From positions 36,598 to 100,597 of IMG/VR virus record IMGVR_UViG_3300031951_000060: a stretch of 64,000 bases of DNA; one strand, written 5' to 3'. A program made the position numbers and the translations under genes. Positions 48,081 through 55,584 of this stretch are shown piece after piece (the first letter of the stretch is position 1; each line of letters begins with the position of its first letter). Below the pieces are notes generated by a model, which was not told the origin of the DNA, made no database searches, and saw only the letters and a program-made list of their open reading frames with translations. This DNA comes from a virus.

Positions 48081-48284
48081 ATGAGAGTAACGAAGAGTAG
48101 ATCTTTTGCAAAGGCTTGGAGTTACAGAGTTTTTGGTACCTTGACTTCTTTTATAGTTGTGTATATAATTACTGGTGAGGCTGTTTTGGCTACTGCAATT
48201 GCATTATGGGAAACCGTGCTAAAAATAGGAGTTTATTATTGGCATGAAAGAATTTGGGACAGGATACAGTGGGGTAGAAAATAA
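48081..48284 (+). CDS. DUF2061 membrane protein
   Basis: RSFAKAWSYR...YYWHERIW. Confidence 0.8.
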   Translation: MRVTKSRSFAKAWSYRVFGTLTSFIVVYIITGEAVLATAIALWETVLKIGVYYWHERIWDRIQWGRK

Positions 48285-48523
48285 TGTATACAGATGCTAT
48301 GCGTAGGGCTTTTAGATCTCTTGATCATTTTGCACCTAAAGGGTTTCAGTTAGAGTTAGTCGATAATGATAGTTTTATTACTGTTCGTGCCTCAGAAAAA
48401 TCTTTTATGTCCCTACTTGACGAAGATAAGCGTCGTGCTGTAGAATATATGGTGAGAGTCAAAAAGGCTCTTGAGGATAATGGAGCAATTGTCCTTTTAG
48501 TTCGTGAAGGCGGTAAAGAGTAA
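48284..48523 (+). CDS. Hypothetical protein
   Basis: TAATG-coupled ORF. Confidence 0.6.
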   Translation: MYTDAMRRAFRSLDHFAPKGFQLELVDNDSFITVRASEKSFMSLLDEDKRRAVEYMVRVKKALEDNGAIVLLVREGGKE

Positions 48524-49008
48524 TGCAAACATTTCTACCATCCCCAAACCCAATGTCTTCTGCAAGATTTTTAGATAGCAAACGACTTAATAAGCAAATA
48601 CTTGAGTGCTATCAAATTCTTAATGTGCTATCTGGCAAGTCTCCAACAGGTGGATGGCGCAATCATCCTGCCGTTCTAATGTGGAAAGGTTATGAGCGAG
48701 GTTTATGGCAATATGTACAAGCAATGATCTTTGAAGCACGTAAGCGTGGTATTCGTACAGAAAACAACGAGGCTAACCTTAACCGACTTAAGGATCAATG
48801 CTGGAACGAATGGGGAAATAATGTTCCTCAATTTTGGAATGATAGTACAAAACTTATGCGTGTAGTTACAACTCACCGTGCTAATTTATTTGACAAGGAT
48901 CCACTATATTATGCACGTTTTGGTTATGCAAAACATAGTTTATACAATCAGCCATGCTGCTCTGGATGCAAATACTATTGGGTAACACATGAGGGTAGAA
49001 ATGCTTGA
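48523..49008 (+). CDS. Pyrimidine dimer DNA glycosylase (endonuclease V-like)
   Basis: MQTFLP, LDSKRLNKQ..E..QI, GW.NHPAV.MW, HR.NL..K. Confidence 0.8.
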   Translation: MQTFLPSPNPMSSARFLDSKRLNKQILECYQILNVLSGKSPTGGWRNHPAVLMWKGYERGLWQYVQAMIFEARKRGIRTENNEANLNRLKDQCWNEWGNNVPQFWNDSTKLMRVVTTHRANLFDKDPLYYARFGYAKHSLYNQPCCSGCKYYWVTHEGRNA

Positions 49009-49399
49009 TCTATTGATTTTTATTTTAGTAGTTATTTCTATTGGCTTCCTTTCAATAGAAAATATTAGATTAAAAAATAAAGTTAACGAGTTAAATTTTT
49101 CTCTTATTCAATCGTATCTTGACATTGAAGCAATTAAAAAAATAAATAATAAAAAAGAACAAATTGAAAAAGATCACCTAATAGCCTTTTTAGATGATAG
49201 TAGAGACTCTGCCTATTCTTACATATCAGAAGCCCAAGAAAAAATTAATATTTTTATTAATGAACTTGAATCTGATGTAAATTATTTTAATAGTTTTGAA
49301 AATATTGCAAAACAAGATATGCACTATGAGTTAATTAAAAAATTTATCAAGCATTATAATTCACTTAAAGATTTGTTGCCAAAAGATGATAAACGCTAG
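49001..49399 (+). CDS. Membrane-anchored coiled-coil protein
   Basis: N-terminal TM. Confidence 0.5.
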   Translation: MLDLLIFILVVISIGFLSIENIRLKNKVNELNFSLIQSYLDIEAIKKINNKKEQIEKDHLIAFLDDSRDSAYSYISEAQEKINIFINELESDVNYFNSFENIAKQDMHYELIKKFIKHYNSLKDLLPKDDKR

Positions 49400-49583
49400 A
49401 GGTATTCCAACGAGCACGTGTCCGAGTTGTAGTTCGGACTTGTTTAAAGTAGTGGTTAAGTTTGATCCTGTAGATTACGAGATAGGGTTATACTATCTCG
49501 ATGGAGAGTGTGCAAAGTGTGGCACATTAGTGACAGTACCAACACCATTAGATCATCCAGAGAACCATAGGAGAGCGGAATGA
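49386..49583 (+). CDS. Small Zn-ribbon protein
   Basis: CPSC...CAKCG..PTP. Confidence 0.6.
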   Translation: MINARGIPTSTCPSCSSDLFKVVVKFDPVDYEIGLYYLDGECAKCGTLVTVPTPLDHPENHRRAE

Positions 49584-49738
49584 AGGAAATATTATTATCT
49601 ACATTAACAGGATTTGGATGCGGAGTTATATTTGCTGCATTCAAACTACCAGTACCTGCACCACCAGTATTTGCTGGGGTTGCTGGTATAATTGGTTTAT
49701 GGCTAGGCTACGATGCCATAACCAAGTTCATATCCTAG
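49580..49738 (+). CDS. XapX-domain (DUF1427) membrane protein, 52 aa, not in ORF track
   Basis: G.IF..FKLPVPAPPVFAGVAGIIGLWLG. Confidence 0.75.
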   Translation: MKEILLSTLTGFGCGVIFAAFKLPVPAPPVFAGVAGIIGLWLGYDAITKFIS

Positions 49739-49747
49739 GAGGAAATA

Positions 49748-50050
49748 ATGAATGAACAAATGAAAGCAATGCTTGCATCATATGGAAGATCTGTTCTCGG
49801 TGCTGCTCTTGCTCTTTATATGTCTGGCGTAACAGATCCTAAGACGCTTGCATACTCACTATTGGCTGCAATCGCACCAGTGGCATTGAGAGCAATCAAT
49901 CCTAATGACAAGGCTTTTGGAAGAATGCCTGCTGTTGAGGAAATTGCAGAAGTTTTAAGTGCCGTAAAGGTAAAGAAGGCTCCTGTAAAGAAAACTGAAA
50001 AGAAGCCCGTAAAGGGTGGCGGTGGCGGAAAGCCACATCAAGTTAAGTAA
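49748..50050 (+). CDS. Putative holin
   Basis: Two TMs, LRAINPND..FG, basic tail, RBS AGGAGG. Confidence 0.55.
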   Translation: MNEQMKAMLASYGRSVLGAALALYMSGVTDPKTLAYSLLAAIAPVALRAINPNDKAFGRMPAVEEIAEVLSAVKVKKAPVKKTEKKPVKGGGGGKPHQVK

Positions 50051-50059
50051 TTAACTTTT

Positions 50060-50087
50060 GGGCGGGGAGATAATTTTCTTCCCGCCC
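50060..50087. terminator. Bidirectional terminator between convergent genes
   Basis: GGGCGGGGAGA-TAATTT-TCTTCCCGCCC. Confidence 0.75.
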
Positions 50088-50093
50088 TTAAAC

Positions 50094-51155
50094 TTACTGT
50101 CTTTCTTTGATTTGATTCTCTAAATATTCTTCAGAATATATATCATGTCCAGGCTTGTCTGTGTATTTATTATAGTCAATAGGATCGCTAAATCCTTCTG
50201 GCAAATTCCAAATTCTTCTTTTTTCAGCAATTAAATGAAAATCAAAAAAGTCTTTGACTGTTCTTTCTTTATTGGTTAAATCAATAAAATGGTTTTTCCC
50301 ATATCTAAATAAATTTTCAACTTCTTTGTATGGATTATATTTAGAGTAATCTAAAACATATTTTTCTTTTTTAATATTTACTATTTCGTGATATTGCGTA
50401 TGATGAAATGATCTTGTGTTATCATGAATAATAATTGCTCTATCATAATAATTATATATATTATATCCATCACAAAATAGTCTCAACGAAAACTCTGGCT
50501 CCTCTCCAAAAAATGTTATATAGGTAGACATTTGAAAATGATCAATAAAATGCTTTCCAGAAAAAACAAAATGTGCTGATAAAAAGTTTGTACAAAGTAA
50601 ATGATCTACTTTGTTTTTATCAAAATCAGACTTTAGGGTATGATAGTAGGGCGCTATATCTACAACTGGAATGCCATTGGACCAGTTTAGGTTATGAAAC
50701 CAAACTGGAATATCTTTGTCATCGTAATAATGATAGGTTATCTCCTTACCATAAACATCATATTTCATCATGTGTTTAGAAGACAAGATTACTTTTTTAT
50801 TATTTGTTTTTTCAACAACTGTTTCATAATCTTTAATTACATAAAAATCCCAGTCTTTGATGGCATCACTATGAGAATCTATTTGCAAAAAATAATCTTC
50901 TTCAACGCACATACTTTTAAGTATACTTCTTGCTCTGGTTACTCCAAACACTTGATCTAAGTCTACACAAACTATGTCTATAGTCGTATTTGGAAATTTT
51001 GACTTCAATTCTGGGTATGTGTCATTTTGCATGCAAACCCCAAATCTCAATCTTTCAGGATGTCTTGCTTTTGATATTAGATTATTTATAGTTTCTTCTA
51101 CTGAAAAAACATCTCCACGATAAGCAGCAATTGATACAAATATTTTTTTATGCAT
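50094..51155 (-). CDS. GT-A glycosyltransferase, GlcNAc-transferase (Gnt1-like)
   Basis: IFVSIAAYR, PERLRFG, GVTRAR, LQIDSH, FFGEE...SLRL..G. Confidence 0.8.
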   Translation of the reverse strand: MHKKIFVSIAAYRGDVFSVEETINNLISKARHPERLRFGVCMQNDTYPELKSKFPNTTIDIVCVDLDQVFGVTRARSILKSMCVEEDYFLQIDSHSDAIKDWDFYVIKDYETVVEKTNNKKVILSSKHMMKYDVYGKEITYHYYDDKDIPVWFHNLNWSNGIPVVDIAPYYHTLKSDFDKNKVDHLLCTNFLSAHFVFSGKHFIDHFQMSTYITFFGEEPEFSLRLFCDGYNIYNYYDRAIIIHDNTRSFHHTQYHEIVNIKKEKYVLDYSKYNPYKEVENLFRYGKNHFIDLTNKERTVKDFFDFHLIAEKRRIWNLPEGFSDPIDYNKYTDKPGHDIYSEEYLENQIKERQ

Positions 51156-51183
51156 AACTTTAATTGTACCACAAGACAACTTA

Positions 51184-51253
51184 TGATATAATTAATGTGT
51201 ACCTGCCCAAAGGGGGGTATAAACTGAACTCGCTTAACAAGGAGGAAATAATG
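51184..51253 (+). promoter_or_regulatory. hsp20 promoter and ROSE-like RNA thermometer leader
   Basis: TGaTATAAT; 5' hairpin GTACC..GGTAT; CTCGCTT-AAC-AAGGAG pairs the SD with a bulged G (UCGCU motif). Confidence 0.55.
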
Positions 51254-51670
51254 GTAAGTTCATTTGCATTGGATCTATTTAAGGATCCATTTTTTATTGG
51301 TTTCAACCGTGAGTTGGACCGTCTTTCAAATATCCATCGTGAGGCAACTCGTCAATCTTATCCACCATATGATGTGGTAAAACTTGATGAGGACACTTAC
51401 AAACTATCTTTAGCCCTTGCTGGTTTTAGCAAGGACGAGGTAGAGGTTTCTGTGGATAATGGAAGTTTAGTTATCAAGGGTGAGAAAACCGAAGAGGACT
51501 CCACAAATGTCCTACATAAGGGTATCGCAACCAGAAAATTCACACGCACCTTTGCTCTTGGAGAGTATATGGAGGTTGATCGTGCTGAAATGGCAGACGG
51601 TATTCTTAGCGTCTTTGTGGAAAGAAACATTCCCGAAGAAAAGAAACCAAAAACTATCAAAATCAAGTAA
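51251..51670 (+). CDS. hsp20: Small heat shock protein (IbpA/Hsp20)
   Basis: YPPYD, LAGF, HKGIA.RKF.RTF.L, DGIL; RBS AAGGAGG. Confidence 0.93.
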   Translation: MVSSFALDLFKDPFFIGFNRELDRLSNIHREATRQSYPPYDVVKLDEDTYKLSLALAGFSKDEVEVSVDNGSLVIKGEKTEEDSTNVLHKGIATRKFTRTFALGEYMEVDRAEMADGILSVFVERNIPEEKKPKTIKIK

Positions 51671-51690
51671 ATAGTGATATGATATAGTCA

Positions 51691-51769
51691 GTCCCTCACA
51701 GGACCTTGGGATGGAATAGTTACCATTTCCTTTATATTCGGCCTTCGTGCTTGAATTCCTGTGAGGGAT
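51691..51769 (+). ncRNA. Candidate three-way-junction small RNA
   Basis: 13-bp closing stem GTCCCTCACAGGA/TCCTGTGAGGGAT enclosing two hairpins; preceded by TGaTATAGT, followed by T-run. Confidence 0.45.
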
Positions 51770-51798
51770 TTTAATTGGTAGGTATAATAATCCTATCT

Positions 51799-52071
51799 AT
51801 GACTGACAAAGAACTTCATAGGCAAAAGCAGGCTTATAAAAAAAGGCTGACAGAAATAAAACAGTCTAATGGGTGTGCAGACTGCGGAGAGAACAATCCA
51901 ATAGTTTTAGACTTTGATCACTTAAAAGATAAAAAATACAATATATCAAGAATGATACATGATGGGTTTTCCTGGAGATCTATCAAAAAAGAGATAGAAA
52001 AATGTCAGGTAGTATGTGCTAACTGCCATAGAATAAGGACGTATAATAGACTTATAGAAAAGGCCTGCTAA
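51799..52071 (+). CDS. HNH endonuclease
   Basis: CADCG, LDFDH, VVCANCH. Confidence 0.8.
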   Translation: MTDKELHRQKQAYKKRLTEIKQSNGCADCGENNPIVLDFDHLKDKKYNISRMIHDGFSWRSIKKEIEKCQVVCANCHRIRTYNRLIEKAC

Positions 52072-52105
52072 GGTCTACAAGCAGAAGGTATGGTATACTT
52101 TAACT

Positions 52106-52666
52106 ATGATTATTTTTGATGACCTGTCTATCAATAAAGAAGACTTGCTGAGAATTAAGGCTTACATCTCAAATCTACAAAATTGGATATCCGATGAAAA
52201 CGATCCTTTAATAGAAAAGGTAGAAATTCTCGGATCTGGTGTTCCAACTTATGATATTTCTGATCAGATAGTTTCTTGGCTAAAGTCTTTTGCACAACGC
52301 AACAGATTAGATGTAAATAATGTTGTTAATATTTATGCTATTAAACTAAACAAAAAAGACAACAAAGAAGATATTGACTATGAACAACCAAAATATTTCA
52401 ACAATGAGTTATTGTCTGTAATATTCTTTTTAGATGACTCTGATGCCCACATGTTTATTTTTAATGAAGGCGAAGAGTCAAAAGAGGAAGATCTAACTGT
52501 TTATACAATGTTTTCTCCAGTATCTGGAAGAGGCTTTGTATTAGACACCACCAAGTGGCATGCCTATTCTTTGCCATCTGGAATTGATGCTCAATATTTA
52601 ATTAAAGTTGATTTTGAAGGAAAGATTGTAAGCAATCAGGCTTCTACAGTCTACGACTTGGAGTAA
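52106..52666 (+). CDS. Degenerate 2OG-Fe(II)/DSBH-fold protein
   Basis: SVIFFLDDSD..., P..GR, WHA; no clear HxD. Confidence 0.4.
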   Translation: MIIFDDLSINKEDLLRIKAYISNLQNWISDENDPLIEKVEILGSGVPTYDISDQIVSWLKSFAQRNRLDVNNVVNIYAIKLNKKDNKEDIDYEQPKYFNNELLSVIFFLDDSDAHMFIFNEGEESKEEDLTVYTMFSPVSGRGFVLDTTKWHAYSLPSGIDAQYLIKVDFEGKIVSNQASTVYDLE

Positions 52667-52669
52667 TTT

Positions 52670-53824
52670 ATGCCGTACAAGATTGGTGCTAAAGGGTCAT
52701 ATGGTTGTGATGGATATCCAGCCCTAAAAGAAGGCACCAACGAGGTTATGGGATGTCATAAGACTCGTTCTGAGGCTGCAGCACAGATTTACGCTATAAA
52801 CCGCTCTGAGGGCAATATAGGCAAAGCAATGGTCAAAGAGGGCGACATGGTTATGGCCCCACATGAAGAAGAAATGTATGTTGGTCGTGTTGTTCATGTT
52901 ATGACAGAAGGAATGTTAGGAACTCCAGGATCAGAATATTCCATTGAGGCAAGCCCCACTGAGCCAGCAATATTAATACAATTATTTGAAATGGAAGAAG
53001 GCGGTCTTGAAGAGACTGAGTATTTTGTTGGAGCAAAAGCATCAGAAGTAATGGTTATGCCTTCATTAGAATCAAACATAGGAATGGATAAATCTGTATC
53101 TGGCAGTCCTTCTGATGATGAAGAGGATGACGAAGACGAAGAGGATGATGTTGAAAAAGCATATGAAGGATGTGGTTGTCCAATGTGTAAAGAATTAGAT
53201 GTAACCTGTGACCAATGTCCTCAATGTCAATCTGGTGAAATGAAGTCAGACTGCTGCGCCAATGTAAACAAAAAGGCCCCATGCTGGGATGGGTACGTGC
53301 AAAGAGGGATGAAGCCTGGTGATGGCGGACGCATGGTTCCCAATTGTGTTCCCGCAGAAAAAGCAGACGATCTTTGGGAAGATGATGACACGGTAGTTTA
53401 TGAAACAGATTCAGTATCCAAGGCTGAGGGGTATTCTCCACCAGCAGGTGCTCGTGCAGCAGCACGTAAAGCAATTAAATTCAAAGAGCAGGGTAAAGCA
53501 AAAGGCGCAGGTACATCAGTAGGGTGGACTCGTGCAGGACAACTTGCAAGAGGTGAAACACTTTCACTAAGCACAGTTAAAAGAATGTATTCTTATTTTT
53601 CTCGTCATGAGGTAGATAAAAAGGGGAAGGATTGGGCGAATCAATCTAATCCGTCTAATGGGTACATTATGTGGTTAGCATGGGGTGGGGATGCTGGCTT
53701 TGCATGGTCACGTCGTATCGTGAATGCAGAAAAGGATAAGGCTTTATTTGCTGATACCTTTAATTCAATAGAAAAACAAAGCAAGAAAGTCCGTGGTAGC
53801 GGTAATGTCGTCTGGGAAATTTAA
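52670..53824 (+). CDS. Modular head-associated protein
   Basis: CH.TR..A..Q..A, CWDGY...VPNCVP and RM.SYFSRH...W.AWGG modules typical of phage head proteins. Confidence 0.55.
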   Translation: MPYKIGAKGSYGCDGYPALKEGTNEVMGCHKTRSEAAAQIYAINRSEGNIGKAMVKEGDMVMAPHEEEMYVGRVVHVMTEGMLGTPGSEYSIEASPTEPAILIQLFEMEEGGLEETEYFVGAKASEVMVMPSLESNIGMDKSVSGSPSDDEEDDEDEEDDVEKAYEGCGCPMCKELDVTCDQCPQCQSGEMKSDCCANVNKKAPCWDGYVQRGMKPGDGGRMVPNCVPAEKADDLWEDDDTVVYETDSVSKAEGYSPPAGARAAARKAIKFKEQGKAKGAGTSVGWTRAGQLARGETLSLSTVKRMYSYFSRHEVDKKGKDWANQSNPSNGYIMWLAWGGDAGFAWSRRIVNAEKDKALFADTFNSIEKQSKKVRGSGNVVWEI

Positions 53825-53945
53825 AAGACACGACAAGTTTAATCCTATTCAAATTAAAGATGGGATGATTGTTCGTCTTAGAAAAGATGGGACAATAAAA
53901 GCAGTCCTCGGCAAATTCGGTGAATATAAGAAGGATAAAAAATAA
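53805..53945 (+). CDS. Small basic hypothetical protein (46 aa)
   Basis: MSSGKFKRHD...; TAATG-coupled to next gene. Confidence 0.5.
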   Translation: MSSGKFKRHDKFNPIQIKDGMIVRLRKDGTIKAVLGKFGEYKKDKK

Positions 53946-54337
53946 TGGCACTACATAATCAATTATTAGTAAATGGATACTCAATCAATCCAATCAAAAT
54001 AGAAAAAGATGCTATAGATTGGATGACAGATCTTGTTAATAGTATAGATATGAAAATCATCCAAGGTCCATATGCCTCATACGTTAGCAAAGAGGGAAAC
54101 AGAGGTTTAACATGTGTAGTTATGATAGAGACTTCACATATAGCATTACACATATGGGATGAGCCATCTCCTGGAGAAATTCAGTTCGATCTTTATACCT
54201 GTGGTGAACTTAATATCGATTTAGTTCTTAAAAAATTAGAAAATGGATTAGGATTATTTGATTATAAGTATATCGTGTTAGAAAGAGAAACTGGCTTTAA
54301 TGTTTTAAATATAAATGGCAAGGACCAAACAAAATAA
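53945..54337 (+). CDS. speD: S-adenosylmethionine decarboxylase proenzyme (pyruvoyl-dependent)
   Basis: G.T...IETSHIALHIW...DLYTCG. Confidence 0.85.
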   Translation: MALHNQLLVNGYSINPIKIEKDAIDWMTDLVNSIDMKIIQGPYASYVSKEGNRGLTCVVMIETSHIALHIWDEPSPGEIQFDLYTCGELNIDLVLKKLENGLGLFDYKYIVLERETGFNVLNINGKDQTK

Positions 54338-54338
54338 A

Positions 54339-54434
54339 ATGGGGTCCGTTGTCAAGAAGCGTCGCAAGCGCATGGCCAAGAAGAAGCACAGAAAGAGATT
54401 AAAAAGACAACGATGGGCAAGACGGAACAAGTAA
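54339..54434 (+). CDS. 30S ribosomal protein bS22 (31 aa, not in ORF track)
   Basis: MGSVVKKRRKRMAKKKHRKRLKRQRWARRNK matches actinobacterial bS22 [21 protein letters not shown]. Confidence 0.88.
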   Translation: MGSVVKKRRKRMAKKKHRKRLKRQRWARRNK

Positions 54435-54694
54435 AAGAACTAATTCATTTCACAGCAGACTGGTGTGTTCCATGCAAAAAAATGGAACCAATAATAAATC
54501 AGTTTATTTTAGATAATCCTGAAATAAAATATTCTAAAATAAATATAGAAAAGGATAAGGCTGATTTTGATTTTTTTAATAAAAAGTATAACATTATGTC
54601 TGTTCCAACCTTTATGGGGTTTGTTGATCAAAAACTAATAGATACTCATTCTGGAGTTGCATCTGCCTTTACATTAAAATCTTTATTCGGATAA
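54413..54694 (+). CDS. trxA: Thioredoxin
   Basis: FTADWCVPCK, SVPT. Confidence 0.88.
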   Translation: MGKTEQVKELIHFTADWCVPCKKMEPIINQFILDNPEIKYSKINIEKDKADFDFFNKKYNIMSVPTFMGFVDQKLIDTHSGVASAFTLKSLFG

Positions 54695-54838
54695 AAAGTT
54701 TTTAAATAACTCCATAATCTCTGCAGTATATTTATCATAATCTATATCCAAAATTAAATGGCCATCTGGCAATTTATGAACTTTAATTTCTTGTCCTATT
54801 TTGAACAAAATGTCTTTTAACTGATGTTGTAGTTCCAT
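54683..54838 (-). CDS. Small hypothetical protein (51 aa)
   Basis: MELQHQLKDILFKIGQ... intact ORF. Confidence 0.45.
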   Translation of the reverse strand: MELQHQLKDILFKIGQEIKVHKLPDGHLILDIDYDKYTAEIMELFKNFLSE

Positions 54839-54851
54839 GATCCTATTTTAG

Positions 54852-54924
54852 CACCCCTGGTTGGATTCGAACCAACGACAAACGGATTAGAAGTCCGCTA
54901 CTCTATCCACTGAGTTACAGGGGT
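54852..54924 (-). tRNA. tRNA-Arg (TCT)
   Basis: ACCCCTG/CAGGGGT, GCGGA-CTTCTAA-TCCGT, TTCGAAT. Confidence 0.93.
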
Positions 54925-54930
54925 ATATTG

Positions 54931-55308
54931 TTATGTATATACTATCTTACTGATGCCAGACTTAACAATTACATCATAACAAAATTCACAAGGTCTTGAT
55001 AGTCTTGTTTGGCCAGATCTATTAACTCTTGCAATGTATATTTTTGCACCCTTTAGCCCAGAAACCTTTTTAATAGCATCAACTTCGGCATGAATATGAG
55101 CATCTGCAATGATATCTTCTTTATTATTATTCAATACTTGAGGATGGTTCCTTACCTTATTTATACCAGTAGATATAATTCTTCCGCCACGAACAATGAT
55201 TGCTCCGTGCTTGTATCTTCTAACCTGTGATGATCTTGCCAGATTAGCAGCAATAGCCAGATATCTTTCTTCTGACTTAGAGAAATTACTTACAACTTCC
55301 TTCGGCAT
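54931..55308 (-). CDS. Zn-dependent cytidine/dCMP-type deaminase
   Basis: HGAII, G.N, HAE, SRPCEFC. Confidence 0.85.
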   Translation of the reverse strand: MPKEVVSNFSKSEERYLAIAANLARSSQVRRYKHGAIIVRGGRIISTGINKVRNHPQVLNNNKEDIIADAHIHAEVDAIKKVSGLKGAKIYIARVNRSGQTRLSRPCEFCYDVIVKSGISKIVYT

Positions 55309-55343
55309 TTACAACACTTACCTTATCTTTTAAATAACTTACG

Positions 55344-55416
55344 TACCCCTGGTTGGATTCGAACCAACGCTTGCACAATTTTAAGTCGTGTGCCTCTACC
55401 ACTGGGCTACAAGGGC
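55344..55416 (-). tRNA. tRNA-Leu (TAA), short variable loop
   Basis: GCCCTTG/CAGGGGT, CACGA-CTTAAAA-TTGTG, TTCGAAT. Confidence 0.88.
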
Positions 55417-55583
55417 TTGGGTGCCAGTCACGAAGTCCGTTTCTACGGAAGAATCAACTACTGGCTCTGCTCCTTAGATGCTGTCTGCTTGGGCCTGTTC
55501 GACACAGGTTATTCAACGACTACCACCAGCGTAATTTTCAGGGCAGTTGTACTCATCGAGAGGTCGAATTCCTGATGAGCCTT
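55417..55583 (-). ncRNA. Candidate structured ncRNA between tRNA-Met and tRNA-Leu
   Basis: GC-richer non-coding 167 nt with four hairpins: GCTCATC/GATGAGT, CTGCC/GGTAG, CCTGT/ACAGG, GCCAGT/ACTGGC enclosing TCCGT/ACGGA. Confidence 0.5.
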
Positions 55584-55584
55584 G

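Noticed and set aside
51451-51459. Single DnaA box (TGTGGATAA) in hsp20
   Set aside because: Isolated and inside coding sequence; likely chance
55551-55583. Hammerhead (CTGATGAG on + strand) or HDV-like/theta ribozyme after the tRNA (7-bp helix starting with G-U)
   Set aside because: No GAAA/stem II for a hammerhead; only 16 nt lie inside the helix and they cannot form the P2/P3/L3 of an HDV fold
55417-55583. tmRNA (5' end GGCTCATCAGGAATTCGAC loosely resembles it)
   Set aside because: Too short, no tag ORF, no matching T-arm/acceptor 3' end
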